A stretch of DNA of 64,000 bases from Eledone cirrhosa. Taxonomy: Eukaryota. How positions within the stretch are numbered: the stretch's first letter is position 1; every line of letters begins with the position of its first letter. Under the pieces are notes generated by a model. It saw nothing but the letters and a program-made list of their open reading frames with translations. It was not told where the DNA came from and ran no database searches. The position numbers were made by a program, and so were the translations under genes. This document shows, in pieces, positions 1-13,283 of the stretch. The stretch lies in assembly GCA_964016885.1 (NCBI GenBank), contig OZ024742.1:316758001-316822000 (forward strand). Reading direction: 5' to 3'.

Positions 1-26
1 CTATATAAGAAATCATTATTTTAATT

Positions 27-247
27 GGCGGTGGATTAGCAGTATCGGTAGAGGGTCGGACGACTTGCTTTGCAGCATAGAGTTACGGGCCTTTATGATC
101 TGGGTTCAAATACCGCTGAGGTTAACTTTGCCTTTCATCCTTACGGTGGTCGATAAAATAAAGCACCAGTCACGCACTGGCATCGATTTAATCTACTTTC
201 CCCTCCCCCAAAATTGCTGGCCTTGTGTCTATATAGGAAAACATTAT
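27..247 (+). mobile_element. tRNA-derived SINE (main family of this window)
   Basis: A-box-like GGCGGTGGATTAGCAGT, B-box GGTTCAAAT and central GCCTTTCATCCTTACGG.GTCGATAAAATAAAG domain shared with many other copies in the window. Confidence 0.85.
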
Positions 248-514
248 TTTAATTAGCAGAACATCTCAGGTAAAACATTCTGCCAACTTTGCTACATGAT
301 ATACACTCAGATATCTAATGTAATAACTAATTAATTTCATAATGTGTAGAATAAACATTATCTTAATGACAATTTCTATTTAAATAACCGAGAAATATAA
401 TATCGACATTTTAATTTAAATGGCACCAGCCCAATATTTGTCAGAACGATATAAACACGTTTTTTGGTTTCTTTAAACCTTTATCGTGGCATATGATATG
501 CTTTACCGGTAGTC

Positions 515-822
<308 letters not shown>

Positions 823-825
823 CTA

Positions 826-1860
826 TCTAGGTCATTTAGCGGCATTTCCGTATTGCCTGTTGTCAGTACAGTTCTACCACATGTCCTTTTAGGACGTCTT
901 AATTCGTTCATAGTGCCAGGAGTTATATCAAAGTTACAATGGGACTTTTGTGTGAAAAGAGGCCCTATGGATATGATCTTGACAATCAGGCAAATCCAGG
1001 AAAAATGTATTGAACAGAAACTCGCTCTGTACCATTGTTTTATTGATCTCAGTAAGGCATTGAATACTGTCAATAGGAATGTCATATGGTTGGTTTTGTC
1101 TAAATTTGGATACCCTCAAAAGTTTGTAAATATATTGAAACTCTTCATAAACACATGAAGCCAGAGCCAAATTTGGGGGCGCACTCTCCCAGCCTTTTGC
1201 GGTGAAAATGGTGTGAAACAGCGAGACCTTGAAGAACCTACTCTTTTTGCAATATATGTGCCACTATGTTCTATCATGATTTCCAAAAGGACAATAAATG
1301 TAAAATATCGTACCACAGGAAACATCATTAATTTAGGTGGATTGTCAGTATCGGTAGAGGGTCGGACGCCATGCTTTGACGCATAGAGTTACGGCACTTG
1401 CCATTCTGAGTTCAAATCCCGCCGAGGTTAACTTTGCCTTTCATCCTTACGGGATCGATCAAATAAAGTACCAGTAATGTACTGGGTAATTGCAGGCCTT
1501 GTGCCAAAAGTAGAAACAATTAATTTAGCAAGGATGGACTTATAGAACAAATTGTTTAGCTCCTTCACTTTGAGCATAGATTGCAGTTGGTAAATTCTGC
1601 ATTTTATTCGTCATGTGATATTTTTGACTTGGCTATAAATTTAAGTATTATATCAACCTGCACCCGGTCAATTTGTGCAACAACCTAAAATATATGTGAA
1701 AGGTAATCTTAAGGTTCTTTAATCTATCATATACCTTGGGAGTGTAGTGAATAAAGATGGAATATTGAATTTAGAAATATCTCTAAGGCAGCAAACAATT
1801 TGGTAGTTTAGACTCTTGGCTTTGGTCAGAAAGATATATCAAGAATAAAACTAAAATACA
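826..1860 (+). pseudogene. degenerate RTE-clade LINE reverse transcriptase fragment, interrupted by a SINE
   Basis: GISVLPVV..VLLGRL, RGPMDMILTIRQIQEKCIEQ, CFIDLSKALNTVNR..W.VLSKFG.P.KFVNI and NGVKQ motifs; frameshifts; coding-like sequence resumes after the SINE. Confidence 0.85.
1336..1520 (+). mobile_element. SINE (main family) with TSD
   Basis: full head, core and tail; ATTAATTTAG flanks both sides. Confidence 0.9.
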
Positions 1861-3194
1861 TAGTTTAGAATCACTAAGGAACATATGTCACTGCTATATA
1901 TTATTGAATAAAGGGTCACTCGAGTATGGAAAGGTTCATCTAGTGTGAATGTTACTATATGAAATCGAATCTTAAGTAGCAACATAACATTACTTTTTGG
2001 TTTGTACTAACTGAAGTACGAACTGATGATTTTTATCGGTACTTACTCATAAGTAAATCTTGTAAATCTAATCATCTATTTTCAATATACTATATATTCA
2101 CAGACATACAAGAAATATATAAGTATACCTTATCAGACATTGAAATTATATGAAAGAAATACTAATATTCTAATGTTTACAGCAATAGCGTAATAGTTAA
2201 ATTAATGGCTCGAAACACAACTTAGTCTGAGTTAATGTTATGCAGTAAAATGATTGATTGGCATATAATCTCACTTAACCTTTTTAAACATAAATATACA
2301 TATATACATCACTTTGTTCCGCTGAGAATACTTTATGTAAAAGCTTTTATATTGAGAAAGGTGTTGATGTTTGAAATGATTATTAGTTTTAGCACATATC
2401 GAAATAATTTTCCAGTCAAATGGTATCGGAAATTTAAGTTTACACATTATTGCTTTTACTCTATAGAAATATAACAACGAATTTCAACTTCCACATATCA
2501 ACACAAGACATGTAATTTGTGGTTTGAATTCTTATAATAAAATAAATATTTAATAAGAACTCTAATTATTGACATATCATTCTTGTAATGGCGAATCATG
2601 TCACATCTAAACAAAGGACTTCAGCCATTGATAATTTGAATACACAGAAACGTGACGGAGTATGGGTACCGTAATAAGCTTGTTTAAAATGTCCTGTGTT
2701 ATTTAGTTGCAATATTATCTTTGCCATATATTTTTCTAGAATCAATTAAATAGAGATTAAATAAGATTAAATAAGGTTGTGAATTGGTAGAATCCAACTA
2801 ATCGATAGCTACCTTCTCTAAAATACGTGTTTTTTGTTTTGATTCTTATTGCTAAACATGGATGGTTATATTGATATCAATATATTATCAGTGTGGTAAA
2901 ATAATGCAAGAATCAAAGCTACAAGCTCCCATCCGCTACAGGGGCAGTAATTTCATTTAATGCATAATGCACATTTTCTTGAAGTAGATATTAGCATTTA
3001 TAAAATGTATTTACCATGATCAAAATAAATGAACAAGGCCGCCGCCGCCACTAACAAGAAAAACAAGAAGAAGAACAACAGCAACATCAACAACAAAAGC
3101 AGCAACAACACCGCCAACAACAGTAGCAGCAGCAGCAACAGTAACAATATAACCCACCCAAACAGCTAGCCAATCAACAAGCCTGTTAACCACT

Positions 3195-3440
3195 GGGTTC
3201 ACCAGCCAGCCAGCAAGCCAACCAACCAGCAAGCCAACCAACCATCAAGCCAACCAGCCACCATCCAGCCAACCAGCAAGCCAGTCAACTAGCAAACCAG
3301 CCAACTAGCAAACCAGCCAACTAGCAAGCCATCCAACTATGAAGCCAGCCAGCAAGCCAGCTACCCTGCAAGCCTGTCATCCAGCAAGCTAACTAACCAA
3401 CAAACCAGCCAACCAGCAAGCCAGCCAACCCACAAACCAA
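3195..3440. repeat. degenerate CCAG/CCAA/GCAA tetramer-based minisatellite
   Basis: direct reading. Confidence 0.8.
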
Positions 3441-3489
3441 TCACTCAATCAAGTAATAAACGAGACGGTTTCAAGGAAAGCGGAAGCCG

Positions 3490-4235
3490 TTGCCAGAAAG
3501 TTCCTTCCTTGGCAGTGGAAGTAAAAACTGTAGAAAAGGAATTATCACTGAGGAAGTATGAACTGAGACAAAGGAGGTGGTAGAAAAAAGGAGATCACGG
3601 AGAGGGCCTCAAATATTCATTCGACTTGATGGAAATGAAACTTCGTTCTACGGTGACATACCGTACAATTGGAGCTAAATCATGCCGAGTACAAAGGGCC
3701 AAAGGCTCGAAGTCCCCCCCCCCCAAACAAAAAACATTGGGTGTCGTGTGCGCACACAAAACACATGTTACTTGAGGCAAACGATTTGGGTTTGTGGATG
3801 CGTTATTTACCACTCCTACTGCGGCCAGACATTGATGAAGGTCAAGGTGACCCAGGTGCTGCTCACAATAGTCATATCCTGCAAGAATCGGAGATAGAAC
3901 TGTTTATCCAAATTGACTAAGAGTGTATAGAAGCCATCCTCGACATAATATATCTACCAGAGTCATAATATATCTCGACATAATATATCTACCTTACCCT
4001 AACTGTGGTAGGTCGAAAACCAAAATGACATACCTGATGAGCCAAAACCCACTGCAATGCGTTCTGCCCATATAAAACCACGAGAAAGGAAAGGGCCACT
4101 CTCCTTACAACTCCAAATTTCCTACTGCGACCAACACAAGCACCAGAGAAGAAGTTGCCCCCCCCCCCCAAAAAAAAAGAAAGAATTTGGCACGATCAGA
4201 CATGGATTATGGGAGGGGGAGGAGTGGCAAAGCAT
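3490..4235 (+). pseudogene. decayed ORF1 of the same Tx1-clade LINE lineage as the intact element at 55.5-64 kb
   Basis: translated blocks STVTYRTIGAKSCRVQRA, KTHVT*GKRFGFVDALF, SYCGQTLMKVKVTQV, IELFIQID*ECIEAILDII and GRKPK..KTHCNAFC align collinearly with ORF1 (CTVTYRTVSTKSRRVERA, KTHITRGKKYATVDVLF, SYCGQKIVRVKLTHV, IEMLIQTNQECIEAIPDVI, GKRPKC..KTHLRAFC). Confidence 0.9.
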
Positions 4236-5013
4236 CATTTATAAAAAAGCAAAAAAAAAAAAATAAATATTTTGAATTCATCCACAAAGATAGGTGACAA
4301 AAAAGCAATAAACCATCCAAACAGCTAGCTAATCAACAAGCCTGTAAAGAGTTGAAGGGCCAACCAGCAAGCCAGCCAACAAGTTTTATTTCACGATGTT
4401 AATAATTACGTTAAAAGTACACGTGTCTGTGAATGTTCAGATACTGGCACATTCATTTTACGTGCAGGCTGTTCCTTTGTTCGGACAACAAGTTCATTCG
4501 TTGTTGGATCAAACAGTAGTCCCACCCACAAACACACACGATTATTTGGGGACCAAAGATTTCTTCAATACAATGATTTACTAACTTCAAGTCAAATGTA
4601 CAAGTTATAACACTTTCTACAAATCTTCAATTCTGTTACAGTTACGTATTAGAATGCCGAGATTTAGATGCCATGGTTACGAATGATAAGCCTTGTATGT
4701 GGTGGTATACGATCCACTGATCTCTTGGCTGGTTGTCTGATATCTCATATATTCAGCTATCTGTACGCCCTTCTATAATATTCAGAATCCGAAATCATTC
4801 TAAGTTTTCTATTGACTTGTCTAACAAACTCTGTGGCGTATGCAGTGTTGTTATAAATGTTTTTATCAACAACCCAGACAGAGTGGGAGACATGCAGAGT
4901 CAATACACGGAGACCTTTAGTTGCAACACAAAAAACACTCACACACCACCCTCACACAAACACGGACAATAACAAAGACACACACACACATATATGTATT
5001 TTATGTATGTATG

Positions 5014-5073
<60 letters not shown>

Positions 5074-5102
5074 TATATATATATGTGTGTGTGTGTGTGT
5101 CG

Positions 5103-5141
<39 letters not shown>

Positions 5142-6559
5142 AACACTAGCACACATTCACGCACATGTATATCGACACACGCCCACAAATTCACAGCGAA
5201 ACACACACAAACACACAAATAGAAGATATCTTTTTACTAAATACTGAGCTACATACATATTCAATCTTACTCACGCTTTTATACATGCACAAAATACAAT
5301 ATGTACGTACATATCAATATAAACATACAATTGTTATACAAACGCATAAAAAAATAATACATGTGCATAATTCTCAATACAAATAGACAGTAAATATACT
5401 ACCCAAGCTCTAATACCTGTACATGTAGACAAACAAGCTACCAGAGAGGAGAGTGGAGATGCCAGCTAATCTGCCTCACAAATAAATATTTGATGAAGCA
5501 ACTTTTGGTTGATTTTAATTCAATTCATTTACATTTGGTCAGGAAATATTATTCAAATATTTAAATGGCAGATCTGTGAGAAATTATGTTTATCAATTTT
5601 TCACATACCTGCAATGTTACATAATTTAAACAGCTTTCACCAGCATCTTCAACACCCAGCAACCAAACAATGGCCGCCACCATGACTACCACCATAGGCC
5701 CTATCAGCAACAAACATCAACACCACAGTGGCGTCTACTATGATAATGGCCAACAACATCATCACCATCATTACCAACAATAACAACATCGATGAATATA
5801 CCGAAACTACGAAGAAGTCTCCAGCTATATCAGCCGACTCTTCCTCACGTCACATCTTTAAAAAATGAATCGGAGGAGTTGGTGGAATATATAACTTGAC
5901 CAGAGGAAAAAAGCATTGTGATCACGAATGCAATGCCTTCTATTACTAATCTACGCAATCAGGACTGCACCGCAAAAATAGTATCAGTTTTAACACTAAA
6001 AACAAAACACACTTCCATCAACATTGCTCCCAACAACGGCGCTGCATAAATTAGAAAGTGAGACAAGGATACATATTATCCTGTCATCTTCAACCAACAA
6101 TATATATACGTCCACCAAAAAGAAATTGGCCAACAGAAAGACTAAAACATTCAAGTCGATCAACAATATAGAATTCCACGTCACACATATCACCACCGCC
6201 ACCACTACCACTACCACCAACACACCCATCACCACCATCACCATCATCACCTCCACCACCACCACCACCACCACTTCTATTTATAGGTAGTCCGTTGCTG
6301 GTTGTCGATGATTTTCCCTAAACGATCTTTAGTCATGATACCAGAAAACCTTGCCCACCGACAAGAATGAATGTCAAGTTTCCTCATGTTATATAGAATG
6401 ACATCTCTGTATATCAGTCGAGAGGGCTACTAATGTCCTACAAAGCAAATAGATCATTCCAATGTGTATATACTCAATTGTGTGCATGGATTGCTTCAAA
6501 CCTCCAAAACTTCTCACTATCTCAAATACAACCAAATTGCTTATTCTGTCCCTTACTTT

Positions 6560-6730
6560 CGCGAAGTAAAAAATGACAGACGAAAATGACTTGCAGGTAT
6601 ATGAAAAAATGATAACCCTAATCCCAACCGTAACTCTAACCATAACCCTAAACCTAACCCTACCACTAACATTTCAATTGCATATGTCAAAGCCAAAACA
6701 CATTATTGATGGTATTTTTTCACTTCAGGC
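6560..6730. repeat. MITE-like relic with degenerate (TAACCC)n core
   Basis: about nine imperfect TAACCC units at 6613-6670, bracketed by inverted GAAGTAAAAAAT / ATTTTTTCACTTC. Confidence 0.45.
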
Positions 6731-6855
6731 CATGTTCATCTTGGGAACTACTGTGAAGAATACTTTCGATTGAAGCATCTAACAGCCTGCGCCACAGTTT
6801 GCCTCTCTCATCTCTCGTGTAATATGTACATTATCATCATCATCATATTTCCCGC

Positions 6856-6944
6856 CCTCCTCCTCCTCCTCCTCCTCCTCCTCCTCCTCCTCCTCCTCCT
6901 CCTCCTCCTCCTCCTCCTCCTCCTTTTCCTACTACTACTACTAG

Positions 6945-7003
<59 letters not shown>

Positions 7004-7004
7004 G

Positions 7005-7037
<33 letters not shown>
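6856..7037. repeat. (CCT)n + (ACT)n trinucleotide microsatellite
   Basis: direct reading. Confidence 0.95.
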
Positions 7038-7720
7038 CAAAAACCATCATTCTCCATTTTCTAACAAATGAGGTAAAAATAACGAAACATAAGTAAGATT
7101 GCAAACGAGAAGAAGAAGACGAACATGGAGAGTAAAGGGCGAGTATGTGATAGTGAAGCAGAGAAGAATGAAAGAGAAATTGTGATAAAAACAAAATAGA
7201 ATATAGACAGAAAAGTTATTGGAGATAGTTGATCAGTCAAAATCCGGAATATGAAGAAAATTGTGATTGAATTAGGATAGAGACATTGTGAGACTTACTA
7301 TGTGGCGAGTAGAAAAGTGATGGAAGCAGAAGAAGAAATTATTGAAAGCGAGTGATGAAATTAAAACGATGGAAAAAATGATGGCATGATAAAGTAGAGA
7401 AGATAGAAAGGAATTATGTTGAACAGAAAAGTTGCAGTGTCGGTAGGAATAGATGGGCTAAGAAGAACAATAAATATAGACAAAAGAATAAGGATACATA
7501 AATAGATTAGTGAAAGAAAAGAAGGAGGGAGATAGACTGAGAGAATGAGAATGGGGGAGAAAGAAAAATTACGAAGATGTGAAGTAAGCATCGAATGTTT
7601 AAGAAACAGAAATATTGAACATAAAAAAAAAGAAACCAGGGAAATATATAGGACAAAAAGGGGGGAAGCAACAGAGAGCACGGAATTAATCTAATAAGGA
7701 GATAGTGGGTTACCGAAAGT

Positions 7721-7723
<3 letters not shown>

Positions 7724-7809
<86 letters not shown>

Positions 7810-7810
7810 C

Positions 7811-7876
<66 letters not shown>
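7724..7876. repeat. (GA)n microsatellite
   Basis: direct reading. Confidence 0.95.
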
Positions 7877-7878
<2 letters not shown>

Positions 7879-8299
7879 TAAAGCGCAGCAGAAATAAAGG
7901 AAGTCAAGGAAATTAAAGAAACATTGTTACGATGAACAAGTGCCGAGATTGACTAATCAAAGATTTTAATATTCAATGCGTTCTTATCAAAACTGAGAAG
8001 AAACTTGGTTTTATTCTATTTACTGTGACTGCGACTCCTGTCACCATTTCTTGTATATGAGTTATCCCTAATTGAGAATCGATTTTTTATTCATTTCTTC
8101 GTATTATATTGTTCTGAAAGGGTAAATGTTTAATAAATCGAATATGTCACCATATAACAGGAGCTGCCCAATTGCACCTTTAGTAAGGTGCTACAAAGTT
8201 GTCGTCATGTGTTTATGTGCCTAGCCGCTAGACATCGCTATTACTTCCAAACCGATTTTAAATCCTCTCATCAAAGTCTTTGTAATAATAGTTTTTTAT

Positions 8300-8417
8300 T
8301 TAGGGACGAGCCAACCATTTTGGGGGAGGACAAAGTCGATTACATTGACCCCAGGTACTTACTGGTACTTTTATCGACCCCGTAAGAATGAAAGGCAAAG
8401 TCAACCTTGGCGGGATT
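8300..8417 (-). mobile_element. SINE 3' half
   Basis: reverse complement of the core domain (TTTATCGACCCCGTAAG.ATGAAAGGCAAAGTCAACC). Confidence 0.8.
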
Positions 8418-8976
8418 GTAATAATGACATCTAATCCTCCATAAACCCACTTTACTTCATCTCTTTTACCAAATACGCTAGTTGAATCAACCAGTTAAAC
8501 GGCCGCAAATCTGCTAGGGATACACTAACTATACTTGGCAACTGGTTAGTGTCTTTCCAAGCCACTATAGACATACACCTCGGTTACTGAATTTATCATC
8601 TAAGATGCGGCATTTTTATATCACAAACGAATGCCACACACTTTACTTCTATAAGCGTTGCATGTGCAGTTGCATAGCAGCTGTTGCATTGAAGAACACA
8701 AACCAACGCTTAAAATAAATCCTTTCATTATGCATAGATGGTATGTGAATGAAAAATAAAAACAGAGGATTACCACAACCCTACAATGCATGTAAAATGA
8801 TTATCGTAGAACCAAAATATAGCGTCATGCATTTTACTCTATCTGCAAATTATTTCAGCTCACAAATTGCTGTCATTAAACCTAGTACACATTAACTAAT
8901 GTTACAGAATCTCCACCCAGCAGATCAAAAATGCAGAATATTCCAATTTCCATCTGTAAACTTCCAGTTTCCATCT

Positions 8977-9018
8977 GTAAGGATGAAAGGTAAAGCTGAC
9001 CTCGGCGAGATTTGAACT
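8977..9018 (-). mobile_element. SINE B-box/core fragment fused to a U2 snRNA 5' fragment
   Basis: revcomp GTTCAAATCTCGCCGAGGTCAGCTTTACCTTTCATCCTTAC. Confidence 0.8.
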
Positions 9019-9065
9019 AGAATAGATACTACACTTTGATCTTAGTCAAAAGGCCGAGATGCAAT
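9019..9065 (-). pseudogene. U2: U2 snRNA 5' fragment (nt 1-47)
   Basis: revcomp ATTGCATCTCGGCCTTTTGACTAAGATCAAAGTGTAGTATCTATTCT versus U2 ATCGCTTCTCGGCCTTTTGGCTAAGATCAAAGTGTAGTATCTGTTCT; starts at U2 nt 1 and includes the branch-recognition GTAGTA. Confidence 0.9.
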
Positions 9066-9153
9066 AATAATGATGACAGATTCAAACAATCTATACCTAA
9101 TCCTTTCAGAAGGATGAACGTTTGACTTATATCTGAGCTTCCATATTAATGGT

Positions 9154-9325
9154 CAGTATCGGTAGAGGGTCGAACATGCTTCCCAGCATAGTTACGTCCC
9201 TTTACGATCTGAGTTCAAATCCCGCCGAGGTTAACTTTGCCTTTCATCCTTACGGGGTCGATACAATAAAGTACCAGTAATGTACTGGATTAATTGCTGG
9301 CCTTGTGCCAAAAAGTAGAAACAAT
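9154..9325 (+). mobile_element. SINE (main family), slightly 5'-truncated, TSD ATTAATGGT
   Basis: core and tail match; TSD on both sides. Confidence 0.9.
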
Positions 9326-10127
9326 TAATGGTAAATTACAATTGATATGTATTTTTCTTTTAAAAGTTCAAAGTGCTAATCTTATAAGCATATTTGAGTT
9401 GATATTTTTTAGTGTCCCGTATTTGAACTCTTCATTATCTTGAATCCGGAATGGTAGCTAATATGAAATTGCCTATATTGGAATCTAAAACACATGCTTC
9501 TACTCAAGATAGATAATGCCTTGAAAGAATTCTTCTCAGGCAAATATGTACAGTACTTACTTTACACTACAACCAAGCAGCTGGTGATTTTCATCATATA
9601 TCTTTATTTATTTTAATGCAACTTTTCTGCTTTTCAGGTCTTAACTTATGTTATTCACATTAAAGTATTCATCGGAAAAGACTATCTATAATACTGGCTA
9701 TTTATTCTTAAGAATACATGTTTACATTTTTATCTGAATTTCGTAATTGTATTATGCATATCTCATATTCTAAGCTTTATATATGTGAATAAAACGTACA
9801 GAAAGTAATATTACATATCAGTACGAATAAAGAGGTAACTTTCCCACTGCGTTACAATCCCATATCATCGTAGATTCCCGAACAAAAAGATTATACTGCA
9901 TATTCTCGACAGATTTTGCATGTATTAATGTCTATATATTAATCAAACTCTGCAGAGCTAGAAGTGCTGCAAACTTCAGACACATTTTGCTGATTTCTCA
10001 CTTTGATGTTACATTAAAAAGAACATTGGACAATGTAGTCAACGTTATATTAAAAAAGAAACGGGAGTACCATGAAAAAAATGCCCCGAAACGGGGAGAA
10101 ATTAGTCAAAATGGGGATATTTTACAT

Positions 10128-10417
10128 AATTGTTTCTACTTTTGGCACAAGGCCAGCAATTAACCAATGTATTACTGGTACTTTATTTTATCAACCCCAT
10201 AAGGATAAAAGGCAAAGTTAACCTCGGCGATATTTTACATAATTGTTTCTACTTTTGGCACAAGGCCAGCTATTATCCCAGTGTATTACTGGTACTTTAT
10301 TTTATCGACCCCTTAAGGATGAAAGGCAAAGTTAACCTCGGCGGGTTTTGAACTCAGTCCGTAAAGGGACGTAACTGTGTTGTAAAGCATGGCCTCCGAC
10401 CCTCTACCGATACTGCC
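10128..10417 (-). mobile_element. SINE plus tandem duplication of its 3' half
   Basis: GATATTTTACATAATTGTTTCTACTTTTGG... occurs at 10116 and 10229. Confidence 0.9.
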
Positions 10418-12223
10418 ATACACATTTTCACAAGAGAAGACATTTCTCACCCACCCCAAAGTGGGTGGGATATCTCCCCACAGGATGGGGAGAGTTGACA
10501 GGTCTGTGATTAAAGAACAAGTCGACCCAGGCTGACTTAATTATATACAAAAACATGCATTAAAACCATCTAGCCCCGAATTTTCAATTGTTTCTGATTT
10601 TATATGTGTCCTGTTTATATTCCATCTATATTTCTATGTTCTTCCTTTTATCATACATAGAGTAGTGACAACTCGTCCAAATCGCTTATAGCATTAATAA
10701 AAAAAATATGTCTATAGATTGCTCGAGGTGGTTACGTTCGACAATTAAATAAACATTATCTTATGTATTTTGCACAAAGAATAACATACATGTACAGTGT
10801 ATAGGCTAAAACAAAGTAGATATAAGCAGCTGGTGAATTTCGATCGATTGTCTTTTATTGGCGTCCTATTGTAATGATGACTCCTCACACTAAATTTCGA
10901 ACACGGTTTGATAATTAATGAAATAATTATAAATCGATATAATTTAAAATATTTGTTCCAAATATTTTGTATGACCTGATATGATATCTTCATCGTCTCT
11001 TTTTATCTAATTACTCATTAGCTCGCTTGCGTGAATACGTAATCAAAATGTAACTACTTCCAAGACCTCGATAACATTTGCTTTTCGATTCAATGACAAC
11101 AAAATGAAAACGTAATTTTGAAACACATTAATTCTGAAAAATATTAATTCCAAGACGTGAATTCCATCTTCATTTTAAATCATCATTATTTTAAAATTTT
11201 CTCATTATGTACTCTTTCCTTTTATTATTTCCTTCTTTTCTTCCTTTTATCTTTTTATCGTTCATATTTCGTTATATTTTAAAAATAATATTTTAATAAT
11301 ACTTTCTATATTTCATTGTATTTGTAATGTTTATGTTTTATATTTATCTTCAGTATCTTTATATTTTTCTCATTTCATATCTTTTTACATTATTTCTTTA
11401 TTTTCTTGCACAAGATTCTCTTTTTATATCATTTTACATTAAATGTGTTTTTCTATTTTGATTTTGTTTTTCCTACAGTCATCGTCATCTCATCTTTCAC
11501 AACTGATTTTTCTTCTCATCTCCATCACTACTTTTGTTTTCTTCCTATTTTGAATTTATATCAGCTATGTTTTTTTGTAAGTTTTCTCCATTCTATCGAA
11601 TGTTTCTTCCCAATTTATCGCAAATTTCTACTCCTATGTAGCTAATTCCTGCTTTATTTATTTTAATAAAATGATTTTCTCATTCTAAAATTACATTTCT
11701 TACTAATCCAATGTAGGATGCCGCAATATCTGAAAAATTTGATTGCATATTTATATAGAAATTTCTGAAGTACTACGTGCGCTATCATAAAATAAAAAAA
11801 CATACTTTATTTTAAAAAAGTGTAGACGTTAGAAAATGTTGTGTACAGATCACGTTATATAAAGAAAATTATAATAAAGAAAGTGTTTGAAAATATTTAT
11901 TATCCTTTTCCTTACACACACGCACACACACACACACATATATATATACGCGAGTTTGTGTGTAGGTAAGTGGGTAACTACAGTTACGTCATTATAATTG
12001 TACCTAGAGTTGATCGATATTGAAACGATTGTAATATACCAATAAAGTTTATATATATGGTATAAAATTGACTTTGATTCTGTTTAATTTCATATATATC
12101 ACCAAATCTCCAAAGTGGCTGACAGAATACTACGTGTGTTGTTTTTTTTTTTGTTGTTTTTTTTTTCATTTCCTTTCTCTTCTCACTTTTAAACTTTTTA
12201 TTTCATCTTTTATTTCTAATTCT

Positions 12224-12261
12224 ATCTTCTGAAGAAGGACTAGTGTCGGAAATGTTAAGAT
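12224..12261 (+). ncRNA. degenerate minimal type I hammerhead ribozyme (PLE pLTR relic)
   Basis: ATCTT-CTGAAGA-AG GAC tagt GTC G-GAAA-TGTT-AAGAT; stem I ATCTT/AAGAT is intact, stems II and III are damaged. Confidence 0.5.
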
Positions 12262-12373
12262 TCTTTTCCTGTTATTTCAAGCGTTAAACTAATATATTTC
12301 TTCAATGTACTGTGTTGTTTGCTTTATTATTTCTGTTTACTTTTTACACACACACGCATACACAGACACACAT

Positions 12374-12426
<53 letters not shown>

Positions 12427-12440
12427 AATATCTATATATA

Positions 12441-12634
12441 TAACAAAGGAATTGTGGTTAGGAACCAGATGGACCATAACGCACCAGAGTACTCAATACT
12501 TAGGGTAGTTGAGTGAGAAATAGGAAAAACTATGACCCCGACGGCAGAGCTCAAGCCGTTTCAACGGCTATTTCGTCCAGAAATAGCCGTCGAAACGGCT
12601 TGAGCTCTGCCGTCGGGGTCATACTTTTTCTTAT
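12441..12634. mobile_element. fold-back pair of PLE 3' ends (family of the 33-36 kb element) in (TA)n
   Basis: arms 12520-12574 / 12580-12634 are inverted; left arm has an extra ~80-nt tail; TA repeats on both sides. Confidence 0.85.
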
Positions 12635-12777
12635 CTATATATATATATTCAACATATACTATCCACTATGGAACATTCAAACAACAGTCCACAGAATGAT
12701 CCAACAATTAAAAAAAATATGGAAAATAATACCCCCAAAAGCCGTGTCCGTTTGCAATGATGCTATTAGAAAATAAC

Positions 12778-12953
12778 CTGGCTTTATTGGAATAGGTGCA
12801 CTTTCTTTACTCCGACTTGTACTTTCTTGAAGAAGTCTGGCTTCCATCTTTTAGTTGTACCCCCGCCTGCGTTCTCCTTTCTCATTCTCCTTGTGAAAGA
12901 CATACTCCCGTGCTGGCTTGGGCTCTTAGAGAGTAAACATGCTGCACTGCCAT
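12778..12953 (-). other. candidate host exon (possible 5' UTR plus start, MEARLLQESTSRSKESAPIPIKP)
   Basis: locally GC-richer unique block bounded on the minus strand by TTTCCAG| and CAG|GTTATT; good-context ATG; no recognisable homology. Confidence 0.25.
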
Positions 12954-13192
12954 CTGGAAACATTTTAGACGATATAATATAATAGATTCTCCTGTGTTCA
13001 TTTCCTTTTGTCTAGTACTACATTTATCAAAGTAGTTGTCGAACCACTAATGTACACGACATAGGCGAACAGTAAACATAAAAATAGACAAGGACATACA
13101 CGAAAACACGCTCAGAGGTACACATATTAACACATATAAACACACATACACACACATATAAATATCTATATATCTATAAATGACTGTTTATA

Positions 13193-13283
<91 letters not shown>

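Noticed and set aside
27-120. tRNA genes at SINE heads
   Set aside because: Only A- and B-box remnants are present, no cloverleaf, and they are always followed by a SINE body
6613-6670. Telomere or telomere-fusion remnant
   Set aside because: Short, degenerate and embedded in a MITE-like repeat
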